Assembly: GCF_000006765.1 (NCBI RefSeq)
Contig: NC_002516.2
Strand: one strand, 5' to 3'
Source: Pseudomonas aeruginosa PAO1
Lineage (GTDB): Bacteria; Pseudomonadota; Gammaproteobacteria; Pseudomonadales; Pseudomonadaceae
DNA length: 64,000 bases
How positions within the stretch are numbered: position 1 is the first letter of the stretch; the number at the start of each line of letters is the position of its first letter. The position numbers were made by a program, and so were the translations under genes. Shown in pieces: positions 9,841 through 19,662 of the stretch. Under the pieces are notes generated by a model, which was not told where the DNA came from, made no database searches, and saw nothing but the letters and a program-made list of their open reading frames with translations.

Positions 9841-11037
9841 ATGGCCGAGAGCGCTTTTTCCGAACGTATCGTGCAGAACCTGCTGGATACCGACTTCTAC
9901 AAGCTGACCATGATGCAGGCGGTGCTGCACAACTATCCCAACGCCGAGGTGGAATGGGAGTTCCGCTGCCGCAACCAGGAAGACCTGCGCCTGTACCTGC
10001 CGGCCATCCGCGAACAACTGGAATACCTGGCGGGCCTGGCGATCAGCGACGAGCAACTGGCCTTCCTCGAACGGATTCCCTTCCTCGCGCCGGACTTCAT
10101 CCGCTTCCTCGGGTTGTTCCGCTTCAACCCGCGCTACGTGCAGACCGGCATCGAGAACGACGAATTCTTCCTGCGCCTGAAAGGTCCCTGGCTGCACGTG
10201 ATCCTCTTCGAAGTGCCGCTGCTGGCGATGATCAGCGAGGTGCGCAACCGCGCCCGCTACCCGGCCGCCACCGTCGAGCAGGCGCGCGAACGCCTGCAGG
10301 AAAAGTTCGATTGGCTGCGCCGGGAGGCCAGCGCCGAGGAACTGGCCGGCTTCAAGATGGCCGACTTCGGTACCCGCCGCCGCTTCTCCTATCGGGTCCA
10401 CGAGGCGGTGGTGAGCGGTCTGAAGGAGGACTTTCCGGGCTGCTTCGTCGGCACCAGCAACGTCCACCTGGCACGCAAGCTCGACCTCAAGCCCCTCGGC
10501 ACCATGGCCCACGAATGGCTGATGGCCCACCAGCAGCTCGGTCCGCGCCTGATCGACAGCCAGAGTGCCGCGTTGGACTGCTGGGTCCGCGAATACCGTG
10601 GGCTGCTCGGCATCGCGCTGACCGACTGCATCACCACCGATGCCTTCCTGCGCGACTTCGACCTCTATTTCGCCAAGCTCTTCGACGGCCTCCGCCACGA
10701 CTCGGGCGACCCATTGCTGTGGGCGGAAAAGACCATCGCCCACTACCTCAAGCTGGGCATCGACCCGCTGACCAAGACCCTGGTGTTCTCCGACGGCCTC
10801 GACCTGCCGCGGGCCCTGAAGATCTATCGCGCGCTGCAGGGCCGGATCAACGTCAGCTTCGGCATAGGCACGCATTTCACCTGCGACCTGCCGGGCGTCG
10901 AGCCGATGAACATCGTGGTGAAGATGAGCGCCTGCAACGGCCATCCGGTGGCGAAGATCTCCGATACGCCCGGCAAGGCGCAATGCCGGGACCCTGACTT
11001 CATCCACTACCTCAAGCACGTGTTCCAGGTCGCCTAG
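9841..11037 (+). CDS. pncB2: Nicotinate phosphoribosyltransferase, 398 aa
   Basis: [40 protein letters not shown] and KISDTPGK motifs. Confidence 0.93.
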   Translation: MAESAFSERIVQNLLDTDFYKLTMMQAVLHNYPNAEVEWEFRCRNQEDLRLYLPAIREQLEYLAGLAISDEQLAFLERIPFLAPDFIRFLGLFRFNPRYVQTGIENDEFFLRLKGPWLHVILFEVPLLAMISEVRNRARYPAATVEQARERLQEKFDWLRREASAEELAGFKMADFGTRRRFSYRVHEAVVSGLKEDFPGCFVGTSNVHLARKLDLKPLGTMAHEWLMAHQQLGPRLIDSQSAALDCWVREYRGLLGIALTDCITTDAFLRDFDLYFAKLFDGLRHDSGDPLLWAEKTIAHYLKLGIDPLTKTLVFSDGLDLPRALKIYRALQGRINVSFGIGTHFTCDLPGVEPMNIVVKMSACNGHPVAKISDTPGKAQCRDPDFIHYLKHVFQVA

Positions 11038-11120
11038 GGCAAGCCTGGCGCGCTGCGGCAGGGTGGCGCATGAGGCCTGGTCCTTATTCGGCCCATGCCT
11101 CCGACGATCTCATCGCCCAT

Positions 11121-11150
11121 GAAAAAGCCCCGCCAAGGCGGGGCTTTTTC
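11121..11150. terminator. Bidirectional intrinsic terminator
   Basis: GAAAAAGCCCCGCC-AA-GGCGGGGCTTTTTC between convergent genes. Confidence 0.9.
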
Positions 11151-11161
11151 GACAAGGAGAC

Positions 11162-11404
11162 TCAGCGCGACAGGCTGGCTCCCCCCTGGGAAAGACCGAA
11201 CATCAGCAGCAGGATGTCCTTGTTCGGCTGGACCTCCTGGCGCGTCGGCCGCTCGGCCTTGAGCGCCGAAGGCGTCGGGCAGTACTCATGACCGCCGCTC
11301 ATCTGCACCACGTTCGGCGCGGGTTCGTGCCAGGCGGCAGCCGCGGCTGTAGCCACGGCGAGAGCGCCGACCAGCAACAAACCTCGAGTGATTTCTAATT
11401 TCAT
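11162..11404 (-). CDS. Small exported hypothetical protein (80 aa), last gene of the war operon
   Basis: MKLEITRGLLLVGALAVATAAAAA signal peptide. ATGA overlap with the warB stop. Confidence 0.75.
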   Translation of the reverse strand: MKLEITRGLLLVGALAVATAAAAAWHEPAPNVVQMSGGHEYCPTPSALKAERPTRQEVQPNKDILLLMFGLSQGGASLSR

Positions 11405-12105
11405 GTCTGCAACCCTTTGATGGCGCTGCCAAACGCCGTCTGGTAACCATAGATGAAGGCTTGCCACTGCGCGCCAGTCCACGACGAACGGCGCTTCAAC
11501 TGCTTCAGGTCGTGCTGGGACGCCTTGTTCACCGTAAGGCGGCGGCGGCTCTTCTCCAGGTCGATCAGCGCTACTTCGATGGCCTCACCCTCGACGCGGA
11601 CGAAGATGTGCTTCGGATAGAGACAACCGTGCTGCCAGTGGGCGAGATTCATCCGGGCAATGGTAGCGCCGATTTGTTGCAGAATTCTTTGGTGCTTCGC
11701 TTCGCCCCAGCGGTCCTGGTCACCGCGCGCATAGCACTCGTCGAGGCTGGAGAAACCCTCCAGGGCTTCGGTCACCAGCAGCGCCTGCCATTGCCCGTCG
11801 ACCTTGCGGCAGCCGGAATAGACCAGGCGCGGCACGCGTATACCGAGCGACTCGAAGGCCCGTAGCGCATCGCGCTCGCGCATGGCGGTGGGATAGCCGA
11901 AAGGGCGCTGCCAGTCGCGGTAGACGTGGCCGGTCTGCTGCTTGCGATAGAGCAGCCGTCCATCGCCGGTGTACACCCGCTGCACGCCGCTCGCCCCGCC
12001 ACGGCGCTCGTTGGGCTCCTCGACCCAGCTGCCGGGTACCTGCAACCACTGGTCGATGGCGGAGTCGCCGGAGATACGTTGCAGGGATGCCAGATCGGGA
12101 GCCAT
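11401..12105 (-). CDS. warB: InaA/WarB lipopolysaccharide kinase (Kdo/WaaP family)
   Basis: SD GAAAGGA. EEPNERRGG.SGV, HGCLYPKHIF catalytic loop and LIDLEK motif. Confidence 0.85.
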   Translation of the reverse strand: MAPDLASLQRISGDSAIDQWLQVPGSWVEEPNERRGGASGVQRVYTGDGRLLYRKQQTGHVYRDWQRPFGYPTAMRERDALRAFESLGIRVPRLVYSGCRKVDGQWQALLVTEALEGFSSLDECYARGDQDRWGEAKHQRILQQIGATIARMNLAHWQHGCLYPKHIFVRVEGEAIEVALIDLEKSRRRLTVNKASQHDLKQLKRRSSWTGAQWQAFIYGYQTAFGSAIKGLQT

Positions 12106-12107
12106 CG

Positions 12108-12791
12108 TTATTCCTTTCGCAAGATATAGACCCGCCACATGTGATACAGCGGGATGAAATCGAGATGCTTCTGGACGACGAAGCCGGCGTCGCGGAACTC
12201 GCGCTCGACCGTTTCGGCTGGTAATACGAAGCGGTTCTGGTAGCCGGTCTGTTCCCCGTTCGCTACCCGCCGTGCCTCCATGCGCCTACGCTTCCAGGCC
12301 TTGAAATTGCCATCGACCCAGAGGGAAAGGATCACGCTGTCCCGCGTGACCCGGTGAAACTCGCGGAGCAGGACGCGTCGATCGTCCGCCTCGCCGATGT
12401 GGTGGAGCAGCCGCATGCAGAAGATATTGTCCACCGAGCTGTCCGGCAGGTCGATGGCGAAAGCGGAAGTCTGCAAGGGCCGTACCCGTTTCACCACACC
12501 GTCCGGCTGGCCGGCGCAGGCGACCGCCAGCATGTCCGCGGAATTGTCGGCGCCGATGATCACCCGGTTGTCCTTTTCCGCCAGCAGCGGCCAGAAGCGT
12601 CCGGCGCCGCAGGGCAGGTCGAGCACCAGGTTGGGCTGCCCTGCGAGCTTCAGCGCGTGCCGGGCGAGTTGGACGTCGCGCCGGTGGGAAAGTTTCCGGG
12701 CGAGGCCGTCCTGATGCTTCTTCAGGTAGGCCTCAGCATGCTCGCGATCATACTTGTGAGAAAAGTCGAGGTCGACAGGCGGATTGTTCAT
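12108..12791 (-). CDS. warA: Class I SAM-dependent methyltransferase WarA
   Basis: VLDLPCGAGRF SAM motif, GADNS, FCMRLLHH. Sits between colS and the inaA-type kinase. Confidence 0.87.
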   Translation of the reverse strand: MNNPPVDLDFSHKYDREHAEAYLKKHQDGLARKLSHRRDVQLARHALKLAGQPNLVLDLPCGAGRFWPLLAEKDNRVIIGADNSADMLAVACAGQPDGVVKRVRPLQTSAFAIDLPDSSVDNIFCMRLLHHIGEADDRRVLLREFHRVTRDSVILSLWVDGNFKAWKRRRMEARRVANGEQTGYQNRFVLPAETVEREFRDAGFVVQKHLDFIPLYHMWRVYILRKE

Positions 12792-12847
12792 GACGGGAAC
12801 TCCAGGATTCATGAGACGAACGGTATGAATCCAGCCGTCAAGCTCGG

Positions 12848-12874
12848 GTCAAGGGGTGGTGAATTTTTCGTCAA
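12848..12874 (-). promoter_or_regulatory. ColR-type direct-repeat operator upstream of warA
   Basis: Minus strand TTGAC-N6-TTCAC-N6-TTGAC, exact 11-bp period. Overlaps the colS stop codon. Confidence 0.65.
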
Positions 12875-14151
12875 GCAACATCGAGTAAAACTTCGAACCG
12901 GCAGCCATGCGGCTCCACCGCGCTGAGGGTTACGCTCCAGCCCTCGGCGGCGCAGATCCGCTTCACCAGCGAGAGCCCGAGGCCAAGGCCTTCGCCGCGC
13001 CCGGAGCTGGAACTGCCGCGAACGAAGGGCATGAAAATGCGTTCGCGTTGTTCTTCCGGGACGCCCGCCCCGGTGTCCTCGACGCTGAAACCATGCTCGT
13101 CGAGGGTCAGCGTGATGCTCCCGGCATCGGTGTAGTGGGTCGCGTTGCGCAACAGGTTGCCCATCACCGCGCGCAGCAGTGGCGCGTTGAACTGGCCGGC
13201 GCAGGCACCTTCGTTGCGGTAGTGCAGGGTCAGTCCTCGCGCTTCGACCTGTTCGCGCCAGACCTGGACCAGGTCGTCGGCGATGCTCTCCAGGCTACCG
13301 TGGGGCGCCAGGCTTTCCTCGCCCTTCTGCGCACGCGCCAGCAACAGGAAGGTTTGCACCAGGTCGCGCATCTCCTCGGTGGCCTTGGTCATCCGCTCCA
13401 GTTGGCCACGGGCGCGCGGGCCGAGGCTGGGTTCTTCGGCCAGCAGTTCGCATGAGGTGGCGATGACCATCAACGGCGTACGCAACTCATGACTGACGTC
13501 GCTGGTGAACAATTGCTCGCGCTTGAGCGCGTCGCGCAGGCGGCCAAGGGTCTCGTCGAAGGAAGCGGCCAGCTCGCCGACCTCGTCGTTGGCGTAGTCC
13601 GGCGCCAACGGCGGCGCCAGACCGAGCAACTGTTCGCGATGCCGCACCTGGCGCGCCAGGCGCACCACCGGCTCCATCACCTTGCGCGCGAGCATCCAGC
13701 CAAGCAGGCCGGCCAGGGCGATGCTCAGCACGTAGCCGGTCAGCACCGAGGCGTAGAGCACCTGCTCGCGCGCTTCGAAATCGCTCTGGTCCTGCAGCAG
13801 GACGAAGCGGCGACCATCGATGTCGCGCACCAGCGCATGGAACGACAAGTCGCCCTCGAACACTTCGTGGAAACCGACATCCAGTTGGTCCAGCGCCGGC
13901 GGCATGGCGTAGGAGCCCTGGCCGTCGCTGATGAAGAAGCGCATGCCGGGATCGAGCACCGGGTTGCGTCCCTGGGCCAGGTCGTCGCGCAGGATGCGCT
14001 CCAGCTCGCCGCCCAGGTCGCGGGAAATCAGGCGCTCCTCGATGATGTGGACCACGCCGACGATGCCGGCGGAGAACAGTCCCCCCACGGCGACCGTCAT
14101 CAGCATGAAGGCGATGACGATCCGGCGGGCGAGGCTCTGCTTATACTCCAT
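12871..14151 (-). CDS. colS: Two-component sensor histidine kinase ColS, 426 aa
   Basis: Two TM segments, H35/E38 and FEARE (ExxE) periplasmic metal motifs, HAMP, SHELRTPL H-box, GLGLGLS G-box. Confidence 0.9.
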   Translation of the reverse strand: MEYKQSLARRIVIAFMLMTVAVGGLFSAGIVGVVHIIEERLISRDLGGELERILRDDLAQGRNPVLDPGMRFFISDGQGSYAMPPALDQLDVGFHEVFEGDLSFHALVRDIDGRRFVLLQDQSDFEAREQVLYASVLTGYVLSIALAGLLGWMLARKVMEPVVRLARQVRHREQLLGLAPPLAPDYANDEVGELAASFDETLGRLRDALKREQLFTSDVSHELRTPLMVIATSCELLAEEPSLGPRARGQLERMTKATEEMRDLVQTFLLLARAQKGEESLAPHGSLESIADDLVQVWREQVEARGLTLHYRNEGACAGQFNAPLLRAVMGNLLRNATHYTDAGSITLTLDEHGFSVEDTGAGVPEEQRERIFMPFVRGSSSSGRGEGLGLGLSLVKRICAAEGWSVTLSAVEPHGCRFEVLLDVA

Positions 14152-14824
14152 TCGGCTCCTCCGCCAGGCGGTAGCCGACGCCATGCACCGTATGCAGCAA
14201 GGCCACGGAGAATGGCTTGTCGATCACCTGACGGAGTTGATGGACGTGGCTGCGCAGGCTGTCACTGTCCGGGCAGTCGTCGCCCCAGACCGCTTCTTCC
14301 AGGGCATCCCGGCGCACCACATGGGGGCTCTTCTGCATCAGCACGGCGAGCAGCTTTAGGCCGATCGGATTGAGCTTGAGCGACTTGCCCGCGCGCTTGA
14401 CCTCCAGGGTATCCAGGTCATAGCTGAGATCGGCCACGCTCAGCTCGCGGCGGCCGCCACCCTGGGCGCGACGCAGCACCGCCTCGATGCGTGCGGAAAG
14501 TTCGGAAAGGGCGAAGGGCTTGACCAGGTAATCGTCGGCTCCGGAACGAAACCCCTGCAGGCGATCGTCCAACTGGTCGCGGGCGGTGAGCATGATCACC
14601 GGGGTGTCGCGCCGTGCGTCTTCGCGCAGGCGCCGGCACAGGGCATAGCCGTCGATTCCCGGCAGCATCACGTCGAGCACGATCAGGTCGTAGTGCTCGG
14701 TGGCCGCCAGGTGCAGGCCGGACAGCCCGTCCTGCGCGCAATCCACGGTATAGCCCTTGAGCGACAGGTAATCGGCCAGGTTGGCCAGGATGTCGCGGTT
14801 GTCTTCGACCACCAGTATTCGCAT
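14141..14824 (-). CDS. colR: OmpR-family response regulator ColR, 227 aa
   Basis: SD AAGGAG. MRILVVED, LDVMLP phospho-Asp, KPF, winged helix TVHGVGY. Confidence 0.92.
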   Translation of the reverse strand: MRILVVEDNRDILANLADYLSLKGYTVDCAQDGLSGLHLAATEHYDLIVLDVMLPGIDGYALCRRLREDARRDTPVIMLTARDQLDDRLQGFRSGADDYLVKPFALSELSARIEAVLRRAQGGGRRELSVADLSYDLDTLEVKRAGKSLKLNPIGLKLLAVLMQKSPHVVRRDALEEAVWGDDCPDSDSLRSHVHQLRQVIDKPFSVALLHTVHGVGYRLAEEPNGV

Positions 14825-14868
14825 GTCCCACTCCTTCGCAGGAAGACCGATCGAGCGCCTCTCGCGCA

Positions 14869-14895
14869 TTTACGGATTCTTCACCGGCGATTCAC
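14869..14895 (+). promoter_or_regulatory. ColR-type direct-repeat operator in the colR/PAP2 intergenic region
   Basis: TTTAC-N6-TTCAC-N6-TTCAC at 14869, 14880 and 14891 (11-bp period). Confidence 0.65.
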
Positions 14896-15005
14896 ACCGG
14901 CTCTACGCTCGCCACCAGAGACTGCATGGCGTCTTCCATGGCCGCCGATCATAGCGGCTTTGCGGATGCGCACGAACCCCGGCGGTGGATTTAACCAGCG
15001 TCGAA

Positions 15006-15021
15006 GTCAAGAGAACGTCAA
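15006..15021 (-). promoter_or_regulatory. Third ColR-like half-site pair just upstream of the PAP2 gene
   Basis: Plus strand GTCAA-N6-GTCAA (minus strand TTGAC-N6-TTGAC). Confidence 0.45.
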
Positions 15022-15040
15022 CGCCAGCGTTGGAGATCGC

Positions 15041-15835
15041 ATGACCCAGGCCGCCGTCCATTCCCCTTCCCGTCCATTCAACCCCTGGCTGTTCCTCGCC
15101 CTGCCGCTGGGCCTGGCGGCACTGCTGCTGGCCTTCGAGCCGGTGACCCTCGACCTCGCCCTGGCCAACCTGATGTACGACCCGGGCGCCGGCTTCATCG
15201 GCCGGCACAGTTGGTTCCTGGAGAACATCCTGCACGACCGGGTCAAGCAACTGGTGATCGCCATCAGCGTCCTCGGCCTGCTGGTCTCCATCGCCGGACT
15301 GTTCCACCGGCCATGGCGCGCACTGAGCAGGCCGCTGGCCTATGTGTTCCTCGCCATGAGCCTTGCAGCCAGCATAGTCACTCCGCTCAAGGCGCTCACC
15401 GCCGTGCAGTGCCCCTGGAGCCTGGCGCAGTTCGGCGGCGAGGAAACCTATAGTTCGCTGCTCAGCCCACGGCCGCCGACCGAGCACCCCGGACGCTGCT
15501 GGCCGGGCGGGCACGCATCGTCCGGATTCGTCCTGTTCGCGCTGTTCTTCGCCCTGCGCGACCGCAAGCCCAGGCTGGCGCGCTACGCCCTGGCCTTCGC
15601 CTTCGCCATGGGCTGTCTGCTATCGCTGTCGCGCATGCTGCAAGGTGCGCACTTCCTCTCGCACAACCTGTGGACGATGCTGTTCGACTGGCTGATCTGC
15701 CTCGGCCTGTACCGCCTGATGCTCTACCGACCGGAGACGCGGGGACAGCGCAACGGCGGCGCCGACGAAAACCGCGTTCAGGAAGACGATTCGTCCGCTC
15801 CCAGCACGCCGAACTCGATGGGCACCTTCATGTAG
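15041..15835 (+). CDS. PAP2-family membrane phosphatase (lipid A phosphatase-like)
   Basis: SD GGAG. K..CPW, WPGGHAS and SRMLQGAHF PAP2 motifs, several TM helices. Confidence 0.85.
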   Translation: MTQAAVHSPSRPFNPWLFLALPLGLAALLLAFEPVTLDLALANLMYDPGAGFIGRHSWFLENILHDRVKQLVIAISVLGLLVSIAGLFHRPWRALSRPLAYVFLAMSLAASIVTPLKALTAVQCPWSLAQFGGEETYSSLLSPRPPTEHPGRCWPGGHASSGFVLFALFFALRDRKPRLARYALAFAFAMGCLLSLSRMLQGAHFLSHNLWTMLFDWLICLGLYRLMLYRPETRGQRNGGADENRVQEDDSSAPSTPNSMGTFM

Positions 15836-16107
15836 AACAGCCGCACGCCGGCCTGGCGGATCGACTCGAACAGCCGTTCTGACTGCTCGGGATCGACCGC
15901 CATGAGGATTTCCTGCGGCTGGTCGGCCAGCTCGAAGAAGTGCATCGAATGCAGCCGGCCGCTCTGGCCGAAGCCTTCGCTGGCAGCCAGCGCGGTGGCA
16001 CCGCGCACGCCCAGGCGGCGCGCCTCTTCCAGCAGCCAGTCGCAGATCGGCTGGCCCTGGTGGCGGCGCCCCTGCTGGGTGATGAAGGTCAGTTGATAGC
16101 CTTGCAT
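15778..16107 (-). CDS. DUF190-family PII-like protein, 109 aa
   Basis: Strong SD GGGAGGA 6 nt upstream. GATAL...EGFGQSGRLH and ELA.QP motifs. Starts 19 nt after the crcB stop. Confidence 0.8.
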   Translation of the reverse strand: MQGYQLTFITQQGRRHQGQPICDWLLEEARRLGVRGATALAASEGFGQSGRLHSMHFFELADQPQEILMAVDPEQSERLFESIRQAGVRLFYMKVPIEFGVLGADESSS

Positions 16108-16126
16108 GGTCGGTCCTCCCGCTGCG

Positions 16127-16510
16127 CTATTTGCCCAGCATCCAGTTCATCGAGAACAACCCCAGCAGGGTCATCAGCAACGAGCCGCTGACGTGCGTCG
16201 CGATGGCCCCGGCGGCCCAGCCCAGGCGGCCCTCCTGAAGCAGGCTGACGACCTCGGCGGAAAAGGTGGAGAAAGTGGTCAGGCCGCCGCAGAACCCGGT
16301 GATGATCAGTAGCCGCCATTCCGGAGCGATGCCCGGCGCCTGGGCGAAATAGGCAATCGCCGCGCCGATGACATAGCCGCCGACCAGGTTGGCCAGCAGC
16401 GTGCCGGGGGGAATGCTGGGCAGCAGGCTGTTCAGCTTGAGCCCGAGGAACCAGCGCAGCAACGCCCCCAGGGCGGCGCCGAGGGCGATGGCGAGAATGG
16501 ATTTCCACAT
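16127..16510 (-). CDS. crcB: Fluoride efflux channel Fluc/CrcB, 127 aa
   Basis: [21 protein letters not shown] and [12 protein letters not shown] signatures. Lies downstream of a fluoride riboswitch. Confidence 0.95.
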
Positions 16511-16580
16511 AGTCCTGTCCTTGTAGGAGCGATTCGGACAGGCGGCAGGCGAGCGCCTACGCGCCTTTCCAGGTTCATGC

Positions 16581-16630
16581 GTAGGCATCATCAGCCCCAG
16601 GGGCGGTTGAAGGAGGAATGCCATCTCCTG
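16581..16630 (-). ncRNA. Fluoride riboswitch aptamer (crcB motif)
   Basis: Minus strand GGAGATGGCATTCCTCCTTCAACCGCCCCTGGGGCTGATGATGCCTAC. P1 GGAG/CTCC, pseudoknot GGCATT/GATGCC, P2 GCCCC..GGGGC. Confidence 0.93.
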
Positions 16631-16636
16631 TCGGCA

Positions 16637-16665
16637 AGATTGGCACAAAGCGAGGCACCTATCAA
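16637..16665 (-). promoter_or_regulatory. sigma70 promoter for the riboswitch-crcB transcript
   Basis: TTGATA-N17-CAATCT with extended TG. Predicted start near 16630, at the aptamer 5' end. Confidence 0.65.
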
Positions 16666-16738
16666 AGGCCGGAGTACGCCGGATCGCCCGAAGCGTGCCA
16701 GTCTAGGGAACCTTCCCCCTTCCTTCGCCGGAGCCCCC

Positions 16739-17425
16739 ATGCGCCCAGTCCTGCTGCTTTGCTGCCTGTTCCTGTCCGCCACCGCCCAGGCCGAGGATTG
16801 CTCGCCGCAAACCTCTGTCGGTAGCTGGTGCGAGCTGCCGCTCGCGGCCCTCCACCCGACCCAGCAGAATGTCGGCCTGCTGCAGGTCGAGGATGACCAG
16901 GCCAAGCTCGCCGGGAAGAAGCCCAAGGCTCTCGAGCGCTACTTGCGCAAGAAGGAGATTCCGGTGGTGATCGGCCCCGGCGGCCGCTTCTACCTCACCG
17001 ATCGCCATCACCTGAGTAGCGCGCTCTGGCGCCTGGACCCGAAACAGGGCGTGCCGGTGAAGGTGATCGGCCGGCTACCCCAGGCCAGCGACTTCTGGGA
17101 GAAGATGCAGGAAAACCACTGGGTCTGGCTGCACGATGCGCGTGGCGCGGAGATCCCGCCCGAGGCCCTGCCGGACGCTCTCGCCGGGCTTGGCGACGAT
17201 CCCTACCGCGCCCTGGCCGGCTACGCCGAGGACGAGAACGCCTTCGACAAGGATCGGCAGAGCTATTTCATCGAATTCCACTGGGCGCGCTATTTCGGCG
17301 AACGCATGCACTGGCGGCCGATCAGCCGCGCCACTCTGCCCGACGACCTGAAGCAGGCACTGCGCCTGGCCTGCGAACCGGCGGCAAGGGAGCTGCCGGG
17401 CTACCGCCAGGACTGCCCGCACTGA
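16739..17425 (+). CDS. Exported ParB/Srx (ParBc_2-like) domain protein, 228 aa
   Basis: Signal peptide ending AQA. L.PTQ..VG, IPVVIGP and YLTDRHH motifs, DDPYRALAG, YFIEF.WA. Confidence 0.75.
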   Translation: MRPVLLLCCLFLSATAQAEDCSPQTSVGSWCELPLAALHPTQQNVGLLQVEDDQAKLAGKKPKALERYLRKKEIPVVIGPGGRFYLTDRHHLSSALWRLDPKQGVPVKVIGRLPQASDFWEKMQENHWVWLHDARGAEIPPEALPDALAGLGDDPYRALAGYAEDENAFDKDRQSYFIEFHWARYFGERMHWRPISRATLPDDLKQALRLACEPAARELPGYRQDCPH

Positions 17426-17430
17426 GGAAT

Positions 17431-17458
17431 AAAAAAGCCCCGCCGAAGCGGGGCTTTT
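17431..17458. terminator. Bidirectional intrinsic terminator (groEL end)
   Basis: AAAAAAGCCCCGC-CGAA-GCGGGGCTTTT. Confidence 0.9.
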
Positions 17459-17480
17459 CCAACCACAGGGGCCGGTCGGC

Positions 17481-19136
<1,656 letters not shown>

Positions 19137-19174
19137 CTAAATCGAATTCGGTGAAAACGGAGTGGTGAGACCGA

Positions 19175-19468
19175 TCAGTCTTCCAGGACGGCGAGGATTT
19201 CGGACTCGCCCATCACCAGCAGTTCCTCGCCATCGACCTTGATGGCGTTGCTGCCGGAGTAAGGCCCGAAGACCACCTTGTCGCCCACCTTCACTGCCAG
19301 AGCGCGCACTTCGCCGTTGTCCAGTACACGACCGGTACCTACGGCTACCACTTCACCGCGGTTCGGCTTCTCGGCGGCGGAACCCGGCAGCACGATGCCG
19401 CCTGCGGTCTTGGTCTCTTCCTCGCTGCGACGGATAACGACGCGATCATGCAGAGGACGAAGCTTCAT
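19175..19468 (-). CDS. groES: Co-chaperonin GroES, 97 aa
   Basis: [10 protein letters not shown] and [11 protein letters not shown] mobile loop. Confidence 0.99.
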
Positions 19469-19469
19469 A

Positions 19470-19606
19470 GTCGTAACTCTCCCAAACAGTGGTTTCCAAC
19501 GGCCGGATCGAAGTCCGGCGGGTTTTGTTGAAGCCGGCGTTGCCGGGTTGCGACTCGACGCGCGAGCCGCGTAAGACAGCCTGCCCTTGTGGCAGGGACC
19601 TTGCGG
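19470..19606 (-). ncRNA. Structured groES 5' leader (position of the Pseudomon-groES RNA motif)
   Basis: Four consecutive hairpins: 19502-19519, 19534-19546, 19550-19570 and 19580-19596. Family name assigned from position and recall only. Confidence 0.55.
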
Positions 19607-19613
19607 TGACCGT

Positions 19614-19644
19614 TACATAAGGTCGCCACAAGCCATTTCAAGGG
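19614..19644 (-). promoter_or_regulatory. sigma32 (RpoH) promoter of groESL
   Basis: CCCTTGAAA-N13-CCTTATGTA versus consensus CTTGAAA-N13/14-CCCCATNT. Confidence 0.75.
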
Positions 19645-19662
19645 CATGCAGTGAAATTTTTT

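Noticed and set aside
16577-16648. Extended N-termini of crcB and the ParB-like gene running through the riboswitch
   Set aside because: Downstream starts (16510 and 16739) give the typical Fluc N-terminus and a clean signal peptide. The extensions have no SD.
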